Shown here in pieces: positions 10,114 to 20,917 of a stretch of DNA of 32,000 nucleotides. The stretch comes from Wigglesworthia glossinidia endosymbiont of Glossina morsitans morsitans (Yale colony) (GTDB taxonomy: Bacteria; Pseudomonadota; Gammaproteobacteria; Enterobacterales; Enterobacteriaceae), in contig NC_016893.1 in assembly GCF_000247565.1 (NCBI RefSeq), positions 570,001 through 602,000 of the forward strand, in the 5' to 3' direction. The translations under genes were made by a program, and so were the position numbers. Position 1 is the first letter of the stretch, and every line of letters starts with the position of its first letter. The notes below the pieces were generated by a model. It worked only from the letters and a program-made list of their open reading frames with translations. It made no database searches and was not told where the DNA came from.

Positions 10114-12201
10114 TTGTTAAATTCTGTCATTCAAAAGTTTCAATATGGAAAACATATTATTACTATTGAAACAGGCACAATAGCACGTCAAGCGACATCT
10201 GCTGTAATAATTAATATGGATGATACTACAGTTTTAATTTCTGTAGTAAGCGATACAAAAGAACGAATGTCAGGTACACAGCAGAATTTTTTTCCATTGA
10301 AAATTAATTATCAAGAAAGAGCATACGCCGCAGGACGCTTTCCAGGTGGATTTTTTAGGCGTGAAGGACGTCCAAACGAAAATGAAATATTAGTATCAAG
10401 ATTAATTGACAGACCTATACGTCCTTTATTCCCAAAAAATTTTTTTCATGACGTTCAAATAATAGCCACGGTTTTATCGGTCAATCCAGAAATAAATCCA
10501 GATATTGCATCAATGATCGGTGTTTCTGCAGCACTAAGCTTATCCGGGTTACCTTTTAAAGGCCCTCTAGGAGCAGCTAGGATAGGATACATAAATGAAG
10601 AATATATTTTAAATCCTACTACTACTGAACTAATGAATAGTAAGTTAAATATGGTAATTTCTGGAACTTCCAATGCAATTTTAATGGTAGAATCAGAATC
10701 AAAGATATTGACAGAAGACCAAATCCTGCAAGCCATGTTATATGGACATAAAAAACAACAAATCATAATAAAAAATATTAATGAATTAGTAAAAAAAGTT
10801 TCATGTTCTAAGTGCGAATGGGATAAACTAAAAAATATAGATCTCGAACTACAAGAGTATATTAGTAATAACTTTCGTAAAGAATTAAAAGAAGCATATT
10901 TAATTTCTGAAAAGAAAAAAAGATCTGAAAAAATCGCAGATATTAAAAATAAAATTTTTAACAATTTAATAGAAAATAACAACAACGCTAATATAGAACA
11001 AGTAGAATTTGTAATTAAAAACATAGAACGTGAAATTGTTCGAAATAGAATTTTATCCGGAAAACCACGTATCGATGGACGTAAAAATAACGTAATTAGA
11101 GATTTAAATATTCAGATAGGCATTTTAAAAAGAACTCACGGATCTGCCATTTTTACGCGAGGAGAAACACAATCACTATCTATAGTAACATTAGGTACTG
11201 AAAGAGATGCTCAAAATATAGATGAATTAATAGGAGATCGAACAGATAGGTTTTTGTTTCATTATAATTTTCCTCCATATTGCGTAGGAGAAATTGGAAT
11301 AATTGGTTCCCCAAAGCGCCGAGAAATAGGTCACGGAAAATTAGCCAAACGTAGCTTAATGGCTGTAATGCCAAATTCAAGTGCTTTTCCCTATACCGTA
11401 CGGATAGTATCAGAAATTACAGAATCTAATGGATCTTCATCTATGGCATCGGTATGTGCAGCGTCTCTAGCATTAATGGATGCAGGAGTACCCATTAAAA
11501 GTTCTATTGCAGGAATTGCAATGGGATTAATTAAAGAAAAAAATGAATTTGTTATTTTATCAGATATTTTAGGCGATGAAGATTTTTTAGGGGATATGGA
11601 TTTTAAAGTAGCTGGCAATACAGAAGGAATTACAGCATTACAAATGGATATTAAAATAGAAGAAATAACTTCAGAAATATTAAAAGAAGCTTTGTATCGA
11701 GCTAGAGAAGCAAGAATACATATTCTACATGCTATGAATAAATGCATTAAAGAACCTAAAAATGAAATTTCTGTTTTTGCACCAAGAATCTATAAAATTA
11801 ACATTAATCCCGAAAAAATCAAAAATGTTATCGGAAAAGGCGGTTCAGTAATTCGAATGTTAACAGAAAAAACTCAATCTGCGATTGAAATAGAAGATGA
11901 TGGCACAGTAAAAGTAATTTCAAATAATGCAGAAAACGCTCAAAAAGCCTTAAAAGAAATACAGAACATTACCGACGAAACTAAGATACATCAAACTTAT
12001 CTTGCAAAAATTACGCGTATCGTTAATTTTGGTGCTTTTGCAAGCTTAAGCAATGGAAAAGAAGGATTGATTCACATTTCACAAATTTCGCATCATAAAA
12101 TCAACGATATTTCAAAGCATCTAAAATTAGGCCAAAAAGTTTCTGTAAAAGTAGTAGAAATAGATAGATACGGCAGAATACGTTTAACAATGAAAATATA
12201 A
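10114..12201 (+). CDS. pnp: Polyribonucleotide nucleotidyltransferase
   Basis: TTG start; [69 protein letters not shown] motif [14 protein letters not shown]1 domain at the C-terminus. Confidence 0.98.
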   Translation: MLNSVIQKFQYGKHIITIETGTIARQATSAVIINMDDTTVLISVVSDTKERMSGTQQNFFPLKINYQERAYAAGRFPGGFFRREGRPNENEILVSRLIDRPIRPLFPKNFFHDVQIIATVLSVNPEINPDIASMIGVSAALSLSGLPFKGPLGAARIGYINEEYILNPTTTELMNSKLNMVISGTSNAILMVESESKILTEDQILQAMLYGHKKQQIIIKNINELVKKVSCSKCEWDKLKNIDLELQEYISNNFRKELKEAYLISEKKKRSEKIADIKNKIFNNLIENNNNANIEQVEFVIKNIEREIVRNRILSGKPRIDGRKNNVIRDLNIQIGILKRTHGSAIFTRGETQSLSIVTLGTERDAQNIDELIGDRTDRFLFHYNFPPYCVGEIGIIGSPKRREIGHGKLAKRSLMAVMPNSSAFPYTVRIVSEITESNGSSSMASVCAASLALMDAGVPIKSSIAGIAMGLIKEKNEFVILSDILGDEDFLGDMDFKVAGNTEGITALQMDIKIEEITSEILKEALYRAREARIHILHAMNKCIKEPKNEISVFAPRIYKININPEKIKNVIGKGGSVIRMLTEKTQSAIEIEDDGTVKVISNNAENAQKALKEIQNITDETKIHQTYLAKITRIVNFGAFASLSNGKEGLIHISQISHHKINDISKHLKLGQKVSVKVVEIDRYGRIRLTMKI

Positions 12202-12323
12202 ATTTTAAAAAAAATAAAATTTAAATTTATCGCTACTAATTTTCACAAAAATATTTAAAAATTAAACATCTGTATCGCATTAAAACTATTAAAATATTTA
12301 ATCGAGAGAGGTCACATTAACGC

Positions 12324-14069
12324 ATGTATAAAAAACAAATTTCTTTTTCTGAGCTTGGATTAAATAATGAAATTTTAAAATCGTTACATGATCTCGGTTA
12401 TATACGTCCTTCTCCTATTCAGGAAGCTTGCATACCGCATCTTTTAAAAGGACACGATGTGTTAGGAGTTGCACAAACTGGTAGTGGAAAAACAGCTGCT
12501 TTTTTTTTACCTTTATTAAATAACATTAGATCACAATATAATTTTCCACAAATACTAATTCTTACTCCTACAAGAGAATTGGCATTACAAATAAAATTTG
12601 CATGTTCTAATTTATCAAAACATACAAAAAATATTTATATTATTGCATTATATGGAGGTCAAAGTTATGAAACTCAATTAAAAAAAATAAAAAAATTACC
12701 TCAAATTATTGTTGGAACACCCGGTCGAATTTTAGACTTATTAAATAAAAAATATTTAAATTTATCTAAAATTACTAGTTGTATTTTAGATGAAGCTGAT
12801 GAAATGTTAAGAATGGGATTTATTGAAGATGTAGAAAATATACTATCGAAAACTTCAAAACAACATCAAACTGTGCTTTTTTCAGCAACTATGCCACAAG
12901 CAATTAACAAAATAGCACGTCGTTTCATGCAATCACCGAAAGAAATTCGAATCCAATGTAATATTAATACACAACCAGATATTCAACAATATTATTGGAT
13001 AGCTTATAAAATAAGAAAAATAGATGCACTTTTACGATTTTTAGAAATGGAAAATTTTGAAGCAGTAATTATTTTCGTACGTACTAAACATGCTACTTTA
13101 GAAATTTCTGAAATTTTAGAAAGAAATGGATACAATAGTTCTGCTTTAAACGGAGATATGAACCAATTACTTCGAGAAAATACATTAAACAAATTTAAAA
13201 TTAAGAAATTAGATGTTTTAGTTGCTACAGATATAGCTTCTAGAGGATTAGACGTTGAACACGTTAATTTAGTAATTAATTATGACGCCCCATTAGATTC
13301 CGAAGCGTATATACATCGTATTGGAAGAACCGGTCGTGCTGGTAGGACAGGAAAAGCATTATTATTTTTAGAAAATAGAGAAAAAAAAATACTTTATAGC
13401 ATTAAACGTTGTACAAAATTAAAAATTACAGAAATTTCATTACCTAAAACAAAAGATTTAGTTGAAAAACGTTTAAATAATTTATCTAAAAAAATTCAAG
13501 AACAAATAAAATATCGAGATCTAGAGAAATATAATCATTTATTATTGAAAATAATGCGTATTATAGATGTTTCCGATACTAAAGTAATAGCAACTATTTT
13601 ACTCAAATTAATACAAAAAAATAAACCTCTAATACTATCTGAAGATAAAAAAATTTTAAATTTAAATTATAGAAAAAAATTAAAAATCAAAAAACATGAA
13701 AAATCTCATCTTAAATCATTACATTCAAATTATTTTTATCGTCTTAATCTTGGAAAAAAAGATTCAATATTTGTTCAAAATATCTTCGAATTGATGATTA
13801 ATATAGGAAAAATCAGCAAAAAATTTATTAAACATATAAAATTATTTTTTGATTATTCCGTAATAGAATTATCAACTAGTTTATCTAAAGATGCAATTCG
13901 GTTATTAACCAATACATCAACTTTTCATAAATCTTTAAAAATAAAATTAATTCATAAAAATCAAAAATCTAAAAATTATATATCAAAAAATACATATTCC
14001 CAATATCCACATCGTATTTCAAAATTCATCAAAAATCAAAGTAAAATATCTTCGAGCAAACAATATTAA
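12324..14069 (+). CDS. deaD: DEAD-box ATP-dependent RNA helicase DeaD/CsdA-like
   Basis: AQTGSGKTAAFFLPLL, LTPTRELALQ, DEADEMLRMGF, SATMP, YIHRIGRTGRAGRTG; downstream of pnp as in E. coli. Confidence 0.93.
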   Translation: MYKKQISFSELGLNNEILKSLHDLGYIRPSPIQEACIPHLLKGHDVLGVAQTGSGKTAAFFLPLLNNIRSQYNFPQILILTPTRELALQIKFACSNLSKHTKNIYIIALYGGQSYETQLKKIKKLPQIIVGTPGRILDLLNKKYLNLSKITSCILDEADEMLRMGFIEDVENILSKTSKQHQTVLFSATMPQAINKIARRFMQSPKEIRIQCNINTQPDIQQYYWIAYKIRKIDALLRFLEMENFEAVIIFVRTKHATLEISEILERNGYNSSALNGDMNQLLRENTLNKFKIKKLDVLVATDIASRGLDVEHVNLVINYDAPLDSEAYIHRIGRTGRAGRTGKALLFLENREKKILYSIKRCTKLKITEISLPKTKDLVEKRLNNLSKKIQEQIKYRDLEKYNHLLLKIMRIIDVSDTKVIATILLKLIQKNKPLILSEDKKILNLNYRKKLKIKKHEKSHLKSLHSNYFYRLNLGKKDSIFVQNIFELMINIGKISKKFIKHIKLFFDYSVIELSTSLSKDAIRLLTNTSTFHKSLKIKLIHKNQKSKNYISKNTYSQYPHRISKFIKNQSKISSSKQY

Positions 14070-14302
14070 TTTAATTTTAAATACCTTTACTATTTGACAT
14101 AAATAATATTGTATCAAATAAAATCTTGATAAAATTAAAAATTTATATGAATTATTCATTAGTTAAAATAAATAATTAAATTATTAATTATAATGTTTTA
14201 TCTAGTATAATATTATAAGACTAATTTGATTAATTACAGTATAATTATACTAAAATATTAATTTTATATAAATTTTAATTTATACACATTTGGAAATTAA
14301 TT

Positions 14303-16048
14303 GTGAAATTATTTTTAAAATTAAGTTGGTTTTTTAAGCGTGAGTGGAAAAAATATATTTTATCAATATTATTATTAATTATTATTTCGATATTAAAATT
14401 AATTTCTCCTTGGTTAGTAGGAATCATTGTAGATAATGTAATTAATTTACGTTCCACAACGAAAGGTTTATTAATATTAATTTGTGGAATTATCAGTTCA
14501 TCTATTTTGGTATATTATTTACGTTATATTTGGCGAATAATATTGTTTGGCTCTGCATATCGATTAGCATTAGATTTACGTGATCAATTTTATCTTATTT
14601 TAAGTAAACAAAAAAAAATTTTTTATTTAAAAAATAAAACAGGCGATCTAATTACTAGAGCTATTAATGATGTCGATAAGATCGTTTATGCTGTTGGAGA
14701 AGGAGTACTAACACTAGTTGATTCTTTAGTTCTTGGATTCTCTGTAATGTTAATCATGAGTATTAAAATTAATATGTATCTTGCATTTTTTTCATTAATT
14801 CCTATGCCATTCATGGTGTTATGTATCAATGGATTCGGTAAAAAATTATATTACAGTTTTTGTATTGCGCAAAATGCTTTTTCTCAATTAAATAGTGTAA
14901 TACATGAAAATCTTAAAAATATACGTACAATAAAATCATTTGGATCTGAAAAATATCAATTTAATTTTTTTATTAGTTCTATTAAAAAATCTCATATCAA
15001 AAATATACATTCCTCTAAAATAGATGCTAAATTTGATCCAGTAATCTATTTATCGGTAGGATTATCTAATTTATTAGCAGTTTCCGGAGGAATTTATTTA
15101 ATTCATAAAAATATTATTACTATAGGAGAATTAACTAGTTTTATTATGTATCTTGGTTTAATGATTTGGCCTATGTTAGCATTTGCTTGGACATTTAATA
15201 TTGTTGAAAGAGGAAATGTAGCATATAATAGAATTTACACTTATTTGAATACAGAAACATTTACGGACGGCAAAATTTCTTTACCAAGTCGTAAAGGAAA
15301 CATATTAATTTCAATTAATAAATTTTTTTATCCTACTAATAATCAGATAATTTTAAAAAATATTAAAATTAATATTAAACCAAAAAGTTATGTTGGATTA
15401 TGTGGTCCAACTGGATCAGGAAAAAGTACATTAATTTCTTTAATATTAAGAAATTTTGATGTGTATGAAGGTAAGATATTGTTTCATAATTTACCTCTAA
15501 ATTCTATAATTTTAGATGAATGGAGAAGCTTGATTTCTTTTGTTGATCAAGCCCCGTTTTTATTCTCAGATAGTATTAAAAATAATATTTGTTTAGGATA
15601 TCCTAACGCAACACACAATCAAATTGAATGCGCAGCGAAATTAGCATGTATACATAAGGATATAATAAGCTTTCCAAAAAGTTATCATACAAAAATTGGA
15701 GATCAAGGTGTGATGCTTTCGGGCGGACAAAAACAACGTATTGCAATTGCACGAGCATTATTATTTCCTTCAGAAATATTAATTTTAGATGATGCATTTT
15801 CTTCTGTAGATAATTATACGCGATATAACATAATAAAAAATATTAAAAAGATAAAGAATTATCAAATTTTGATTATTAGTACGCATCAACTATCTCTTTT
15901 GAAAGAAGCTTCAGAAATTTTAGTATTGCAAAACGGTATGATTAAACAGCGTGGAAGTCATAATATGCTTGTTAAAGAAAAAGGATGGTATTCTAAAATG
16001 TATAAGTATCAAAAATTTAAATATAGCAATACACTAAACAAAAATTAG
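14303..16048 (+). CDS. mdlA: ABC transporter permease/ATP-binding half-transporter MdlA
   Basis: GTG start; MKLFLKLSWFFKREWKKYILSIL resembles E. coli MdlA; Walker A GPTGSGKST, signature LSGGQKQR, Walker B LILDDAFSSVD. Confidence 0.9.
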   Translation: MKLFLKLSWFFKREWKKYILSILLLIIISILKLISPWLVGIIVDNVINLRSTTKGLLILICGIISSSILVYYLRYIWRIILFGSAYRLALDLRDQFYLILSKQKKIFYLKNKTGDLITRAINDVDKIVYAVGEGVLTLVDSLVLGFSVMLIMSIKINMYLAFFSLIPMPFMVLCINGFGKKLYYSFCIAQNAFSQLNSVIHENLKNIRTIKSFGSEKYQFNFFISSIKKSHIKNIHSSKIDAKFDPVIYLSVGLSNLLAVSGGIYLIHKNIITIGELTSFIMYLGLMIWPMLAFAWTFNIVERGNVAYNRIYTYLNTETFTDGKISLPSRKGNILISINKFFYPTNNQIILKNIKINIKPKSYVGLCGPTGSGKSTLISLILRNFDVYEGKILFHNLPLNSIILDEWRSLISFVDQAPFLFSDSIKNNICLGYPNATHNQIECAAKLACIHKDIISFPKSYHTKIGDQGVMLSGGQKQRIAIARALLFPSEILILDDAFSSVDNYTRYNIIKNIKKIKNYQILIISTHQLSLLKEASEILVLQNGMIKQRGSHNMLVKEKGWYSKMYKYQKFKYSNTLNKN

Positions 16049-16061
16049 GAAGCTTCATACG

Positions 16062-17816
16062 ATGTGTAAAAAAAATTATACTCTTCATCCTTTAAAAAGA
16101 TTACTACGCTATGCTTTTCCATTTCGAAAAAAAATTTTCTTAATATGCATATTGTTGTGGACTTCTTCTATTATGGAAATTTCGGGACCAATAATTATTA
16201 GTTATTTTATTGATTGTTTTTTTAGTGAAATTCAAATTTCTTCGCATATTATAGTAGTTTTAATTTTAACTTTTATAAGTTTTCAATTTTTATCAGCTAT
16301 TTTAAGATATCATCAAATGTTTTTATTTAGTACGATATCTCTTAGCATTGTTAAAACAATCAGGATTGAGATAATGCGTACTTTACTTAAACAGCCTTTA
16401 TCTTGGTTTGATGCCCAATCTACTGGTAAATTAATTTCGATTGTTGTTAACGATACGGAAGTTATTAAAGACTTGTTTACACATTTTATATCGTCACTAC
16501 TAAAAAATATAGCATTAGTTGGGAGTATGTTTATAGCTATTCTAATATTAAATTTTAAATTAGGATGTATTTTATTTTTTTTATTTCCAATTTTATTTTA
16601 TATAATGCGTTTATATCAATATTATAGCATACCAATTTTTAGAAAATTACGGACTTGTGTTGCAAACATTAATAACTTTTTCAACGAAGTTATTCAAAAT
16701 ATGAGTATTATACAGCAATTTCAACAACAAAAAAGATTTAGAGAAAAATTATATATCCTGGGTTATGAGCATTTTCAAGTAAGAATGAAAAATTTAAAGT
16801 TAGAAGGATTTTTACTTCGTCCTTTGTTAAGTTTATTGTTTTCGTTAATTCTCTGTATAATATTATTATTTTTTGGATTAAATACCTCTAAAATCATGGG
16901 GGTTGGTATTTTATATACATTTATTAATTATCTTGGTAGATTAAGCGAACCTTTAATAGAACTAGCTGCTCAACAATCTATTTTACAACAATCTATCGCT
17001 TCAGGAGAAAGAATTTTTTATTTATTAGATTGCCCTATACAACGTTATGGCAATGATCATCGAAAAATTCTTCAAGGTAAAGTTGAAGTAAAAAATTTAA
17101 CTTTTTCCTATCATAAGAATCCTATACTAAATCAAATATCTTTTTCAATACCAGAAAAAAGTTTTTTAGCATTAGTAGGTAAAACAGGCAGCGGAAAAAC
17201 TACTTTAGCAAATTTAATAATGGGTCATTATCCAATTCAAGAAGGACATATATTAATAGATAATAGATCAATAAAAACGTTGTCTAAGTATTCTATGAGA
17301 AATAGTATTGCTATGGTACAACAGGAACCTTGTTTTATGGCAAAAACAATTTACGATAATATTGTACTTGGCAGAAATATTAGTGAAAAAAAAGTTTGGT
17401 CTATTTTATCTAGTTTAGATTTAATTTCTTTTATCAATTCTTTTCCAAAAGGCATTTTTTCTAAGTTAGATGAATACGGCAATAGATTATCTATGGGGCA
17501 AAAGCAATTACTATCTTTTGTAAGAGTATTAGTTTCTGAACCAAGTATATTGATACTTGATGAAGCTACCGCAAATATAGATGCAGATATAGAACAAAAA
17601 ATTAATTATATTTTGTATAAAATAAAAAATACTACTACTTTAATCGTAATTGCACATCGATTAAGTACTATATTAAATGCTGATCAAATTTTAGTGCTCC
17701 ATCATGGTAAAATTATTGAAAAAGGTACTCATCAATCGTTATTAAGATCGAAAGGAAAATATTATCAAATGTACTATATTCAAAAATATGATAAAAATTT
17801 TTCTTATACATACTAA
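16062..17816 (+). CDS. mdlB: ABC transporter permease/ATP-binding half-transporter MdlB
   Basis: HPLKRLLRYAFPFRK N-terminus; Walker A GKTGSGKTT, signature LSMGQKQLL, Walker B ILILDEATANID; tandem with mdlA. Confidence 0.9.
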   Translation: MCKKNYTLHPLKRLLRYAFPFRKKIFLICILLWTSSIMEISGPIIISYFIDCFFSEIQISSHIIVVLILTFISFQFLSAILRYHQMFLFSTISLSIVKTIRIEIMRTLLKQPLSWFDAQSTGKLISIVVNDTEVIKDLFTHFISSLLKNIALVGSMFIAILILNFKLGCILFFLFPILFYIMRLYQYYSIPIFRKLRTCVANINNFFNEVIQNMSIIQQFQQQKRFREKLYILGYEHFQVRMKNLKLEGFLLRPLLSLLFSLILCIILLFFGLNTSKIMGVGILYTFINYLGRLSEPLIELAAQQSILQQSIASGERIFYLLDCPIQRYGNDHRKILQGKVEVKNLTFSYHKNPILNQISFSIPEKSFLALVGKTGSGKTTLANLIMGHYPIQEGHILIDNRSIKTLSKYSMRNSIAMVQQEPCFMAKTIYDNIVLGRNISEKKVWSILSSLDLISFINSFPKGIFSKLDEYGNRLSMGQKQLLSFVRVLVSEPSILILDEATANIDADIEQKINYILYKIKNTTTLIVIAHRLSTILNADQILVLHHGKIIEKGTHQSLLRSKGKYYQMYYIQKYDKNFSYTY

Positions 17817-17845
17817 AATTTTTTTATATTTTAAATTATTACTTT

Positions 17846-18544
17846 TTAAAACAAAAAATAGTGCTTTTTAGGACATACATTTTTATCAAATTCGTATATT
17901 AATGGTACTCCAGTGGGCACATTTAACTGGGTTATTTGTTTTTCGTCAAGATTATCTAATAATTTCATAATTGCTCGAATAGAATTTCCATGTGCAACAA
18001 TAATTAATTTATTCTTATTTTTTAATTTGGGGAAAATTTTTTTTTTCCAATACGGTATAATACGATCAATTGTAGATTTTAAGCTTTCTGTAGTAGGAAG
18101 TTGACCAGAAAGTTTTAAACGAAGATATCGCGGATCATTTCCTGGAAATCGTATGTCATTTGTGTTTAATTTCGGAGGGATACTTAAAAATCCACGACGC
18201 CATTCTTTTAATTGTGCACTGCCATATTTTGTTTTAATTTCATTTTTGCTAAATCCTTGTAAAGCTCCGTAATGTCTTTCGTTTAATCTCCAAGATTTTT
18301 CTATTGGAATCCAAGATTGATCTATTTCTTGTAAAAGAATCCATAAACTATGAATAGCTCTTTTTAATAAAGATGTATAAGCAAAATCAAATAAATACCC
18401 AAAAGATCTTAATACTTCTCCTGCATATTTTACTTCTTTTTCGCCTTTTTCAGATAATTCAATATCTGTCCATCCAGTAAAACGATCTTGATCGTTCCAT
18501 ATACTTCTTCCATGACGCATCAAAACCAATTTAATTATAGACAT
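17846..18544 (-). CDS. gpmA: 2,3-bisphosphoglycerate-dependent phosphoglycerate mutase
   Basis: [75 protein letters not shown]. Confidence 0.95.
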   Translation of the reverse strand: MSIIKLVLMRHGRSIWNDQDRFTGWTDIELSEKGEKEVKYAGEVLRSFGYLFDFAYTSLLKRAIHSLWILLQEIDQSWIPIEKSWRLNERHYGALQGFSKNEIKTKYGSAQLKEWRRGFLSIPPKLNTNDIRFPGNDPRYLRLKLSGQLPTTESLKSTIDRIIPYWKKKIFPKLKNKNKLIIVAHGNSIRAIMKLLDNLDEKQITQLNVPTGVPLIYEFDKNVCPKKHYFLF

Positions 18545-18795
18545 GTAAATATTTCCTTAATTAGTAAATTTCTGCAATATAATTAATATTTTGAGATCTT
18601 TTAATTTATATACATTACAATAATACTAGTGTGTATTAAATTATAAATATATCACTTAAAAATTTTTAATTAAACTGATAATATAATATTATTTAAAAAA
18701 TACAAGCATATAAAAAAAATTATTGTATTACATACATTTTATAAATTTTTTAAAATGTGCACTATCATAATATCTTTAATAAAGATTAGAATAAA

Positions 18796-19893
18796 ATGAA
18801 AATAAACATTGCTATTTTTTTTGGAGGAGAATCTTCAGAACATCAAATATCATTAAAATCATCAATTAATGTTATTCAATCTATTGATAAAAATAAATAT
18901 CATCTTATTTTAATTGGTGTTGAAAAAAATGGAAAATTAGGAATAAGAACACATAAAAAATATGTTTTATATCCAAATGACATGAATCGTATACAATTAG
19001 GTCCAGCTACTGGATATATAGCAGTCATACCAGGGAAGTGGAAATTTAAGTTTTTAAATTTAAGTAATAAAAAAACGTTGCAAGTAGACTTAATTTTTTC
19101 AGTTTTACATGGTGAAAAAGGAGAAAATGGTAGTTTTCAAGGATTTTATAATGTTTTAAATGTACCCTACGTAGGTTCTGGAGTTTTAGGATCAAGTATA
19201 TGTATGGACAAAGACATGACAAAACGTATTTTAAAAACTTTCAATATTCTTGTAACACCTTCAATTACTATAAAAAATCAAAAAAAATATAAAAAAATAA
19301 AATATTCAAAAATTATAAAAAAAATTGGTTTTCCATGTATTGTCAAACCAGCTACACAAGGATCTTCGATCGGTGTAAATTTAGCATCAAATTTTTTTGA
19401 ATTAAAAAAATCAATAAAAAATTCTTTTTTTTATGATAATAAGATACTTATTGAGCCTTTAATTTCTGGTCGAGAAATAGAAGTTGGAATTTTAGGCAAC
19501 GAACAACCCGTTACTAGTATATGTGGTGAAATTCAACATAAAAATAAATTTTATGACTTTCAAGCCAAATACATCAAGGATAGTAAATTAATTATTCCAG
19601 CAAACATTTCAAATAATTTATCAAATAATATTCGTCAAATAGCTAAAAAAGTATTTTTAATGCTAGAATGTAGCATTATGGCTCGTATAGATTTTTTTAT
19701 AACAAAAAAAGAAGAAATCATTTTAAATGAAATTAATACGATACCCGGATTCACTGAAAATAGCATGTATTCTAAATTATGGGAGGCTTCAGGAGTTAAT
19801 TTTTCTTCATTAATTAATAAATTAATCGAATTAACTTTAGCTAAAAACAAAAATAAATTATTTTATAAAAAAAAATATTTAAAAAATTTTTAA
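18796..19893 (+). CDS. ddlA: D-alanine--D-alanine ligase, DdlA-type
   Basis: IAIFFGGESSEHQISLKSSINVIQSIDKNKYHLILIGV, YVGSGVLGSSICMDKDMTKR, KPATQGSSIGVN, LNEINTIPGFTENSMYSKLWEASG; length (365 aa) and N-terminal features closer to E. coli DdlA than to DdlB. Confidence 0.88.
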   Translation: MKINIAIFFGGESSEHQISLKSSINVIQSIDKNKYHLILIGVEKNGKLGIRTHKKYVLYPNDMNRIQLGPATGYIAVIPGKWKFKFLNLSNKKTLQVDLIFSVLHGEKGENGSFQGFYNVLNVPYVGSGVLGSSICMDKDMTKRILKTFNILVTPSITIKNQKKYKKIKYSKIIKKIGFPCIVKPATQGSSIGVNLASNFFELKKSIKNSFFYDNKILIEPLISGREIEVGILGNEQPVTSICGEIQHKNKFYDFQAKYIKDSKLIIPANISNNLSNNIRQIAKKVFLMLECSIMARIDFFITKKEEIILNEINTIPGFTENSMYSKLWEASGVNFSSLINKLIELTLAKNKNKLFYKKKYLKNF

Positions 19894-19903
19894 TTTTGTT
19901 TTA

Positions 19904-20128
19904 TTATAAAAAAGACCTTTTAATTTTTTTTGCAATTGCTCTATAATGATCTAGTCTTTTATAAAAATACGACAATAAATGTTCGGGTTGCTTATTTGCA
20001 ATTTTTTGCACTAGGACAGACATATTGTGCCTTTCTTGGAAAGCAATCCCGGAAGCTGCCAAATCAGAAATAATTTTTTCTTTTTCTAAATTAGAAATTT
20101 CAGATATATTAAATGTTATTTTTTTCAT
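19904..20128 (-). CDS. holE: DNA polymerase III subunit theta (HolE)
   Basis: 74 aa; SNLEKEKIISDLAASGIAFQERHNMSVLVQKIANKQPEHLLSYFYKRLDHYRAIAKKI aligns without gaps to E. coli HolE [59 protein letters not shown]. Confidence 0.87.
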   Translation of the reverse strand: MKKITFNISEISNLEKEKIISDLAASGIAFQERHNMSVLVQKIANKQPEHLLSYFYKRLDHYRAIAKKIKRSFL

Positions 20129-20195
20129 ATATATATTATTATTAATTTTTAGTGTAAATTAAAACAAATTTATTAAAATACAGGATGCTCAAATT

Positions 20196-20690
20196 ATGAT
20201 TCAAAAAGAAATGATAGCACATTTAAATAAACAACTTAATCTTGAGTTATTTTCATCTAACTTATATCTTCAAATGAGTGTTTGGTGCAATAATAATAAA
20301 TTATTAGAAGGGTGTAAATTTTTTAAACAACAATCTAACGAAGAAATGAATCATATGTATCGTTTATTTGACTATTTAAATGATTCAGACAGTACGCCTA
20401 GAATAGGAGCTATCGATGCACCTCCAGAACATTTCCCATCTTTCAAAGATATCATTCAATTTTCTTATGACCACGAAAAAATGATTAGTAAAAGAATTCA
20501 TAAAATATCACATTATGCAACAGAAATTCAAGATTATCGAACTTTTCATTTTTTAAAATGGTACGTTTCAGAACAATATGAAGAAGAAAGAATGTTTAAA
20601 TCTATTTTAGATCGAATAGAGCTGATAAATTCTGATATGCATGGATTATATTTTATTGATCAAAGTTTAAAAGAAATTCGAAAAGTGTAA
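20196..20690 (+). CDS. ftnA: Non-heme ferritin
   Basis: MIQKEMIAHLNKQLNLELFSSNLYLQMSVWC, EEMNHMYRLFDYLND, HFLKWYVSEQYEEERMFKSILD, GLYFIDQSLKEI; strong resemblance to E. coli FtnA. Confidence 0.95.
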   Translation: MIQKEMIAHLNKQLNLELFSSNLYLQMSVWCNNNKLLEGCKFFKQQSNEEMNHMYRLFDYLNDSDSTPRIGAIDAPPEHFPSFKDIIQFSYDHEKMISKRIHKISHYATEIQDYRTFHFLKWYVSEQYEEERMFKSILDRIELINSDMHGLYFIDQSLKEIRKV

Positions 20691-20917
20691 TTGTTATATT
20701 AAAATATAATTTTTAAATATTATTAAAAAATTAGCGTATCAATATTTCATTTAAAAAATGCAATCTTAATTATAAGATTTATTTTTAACAGCTAATTAGT
20801 GTTTTTAAAAAAATTAAATTTAAAATTTAATTGTTTATTTCAAGAATAAATTTTTTTAAATAAAAATATTCGTATTTAACTGATATTATTATTTATAATA
20901 GTTATTATAAAAGAGAT

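Noticed and set aside
10455-11024. 189-aa minus-strand ORF antisense to pnp
   Set aside because: Entirely inside the highly conserved pnp reading frame; Leu/Ile/Phe/Ser-rich translation with no recognisable family, typical of antisense shadow ORFs.
11391-11747. 118-aa minus-strand ORF antisense to pnp
   Set aside because: Fully contained in conserved PNPase; no family signature.
18623-18638. Inverted repeat AATAC-N6-GTATT between gpmA and ddlA
   Set aside because: Only 5-bp arms in a very AT-rich divergent intergenic region; expected by chance without conservation data.
19861-19935. Possible bidirectional rho-independent terminator between ddlA and holE
   Set aside because: A/T runs are present but I could not draw a convincing GC-containing stem in the 10-bp gap or flanks; AT composition alone explains it.
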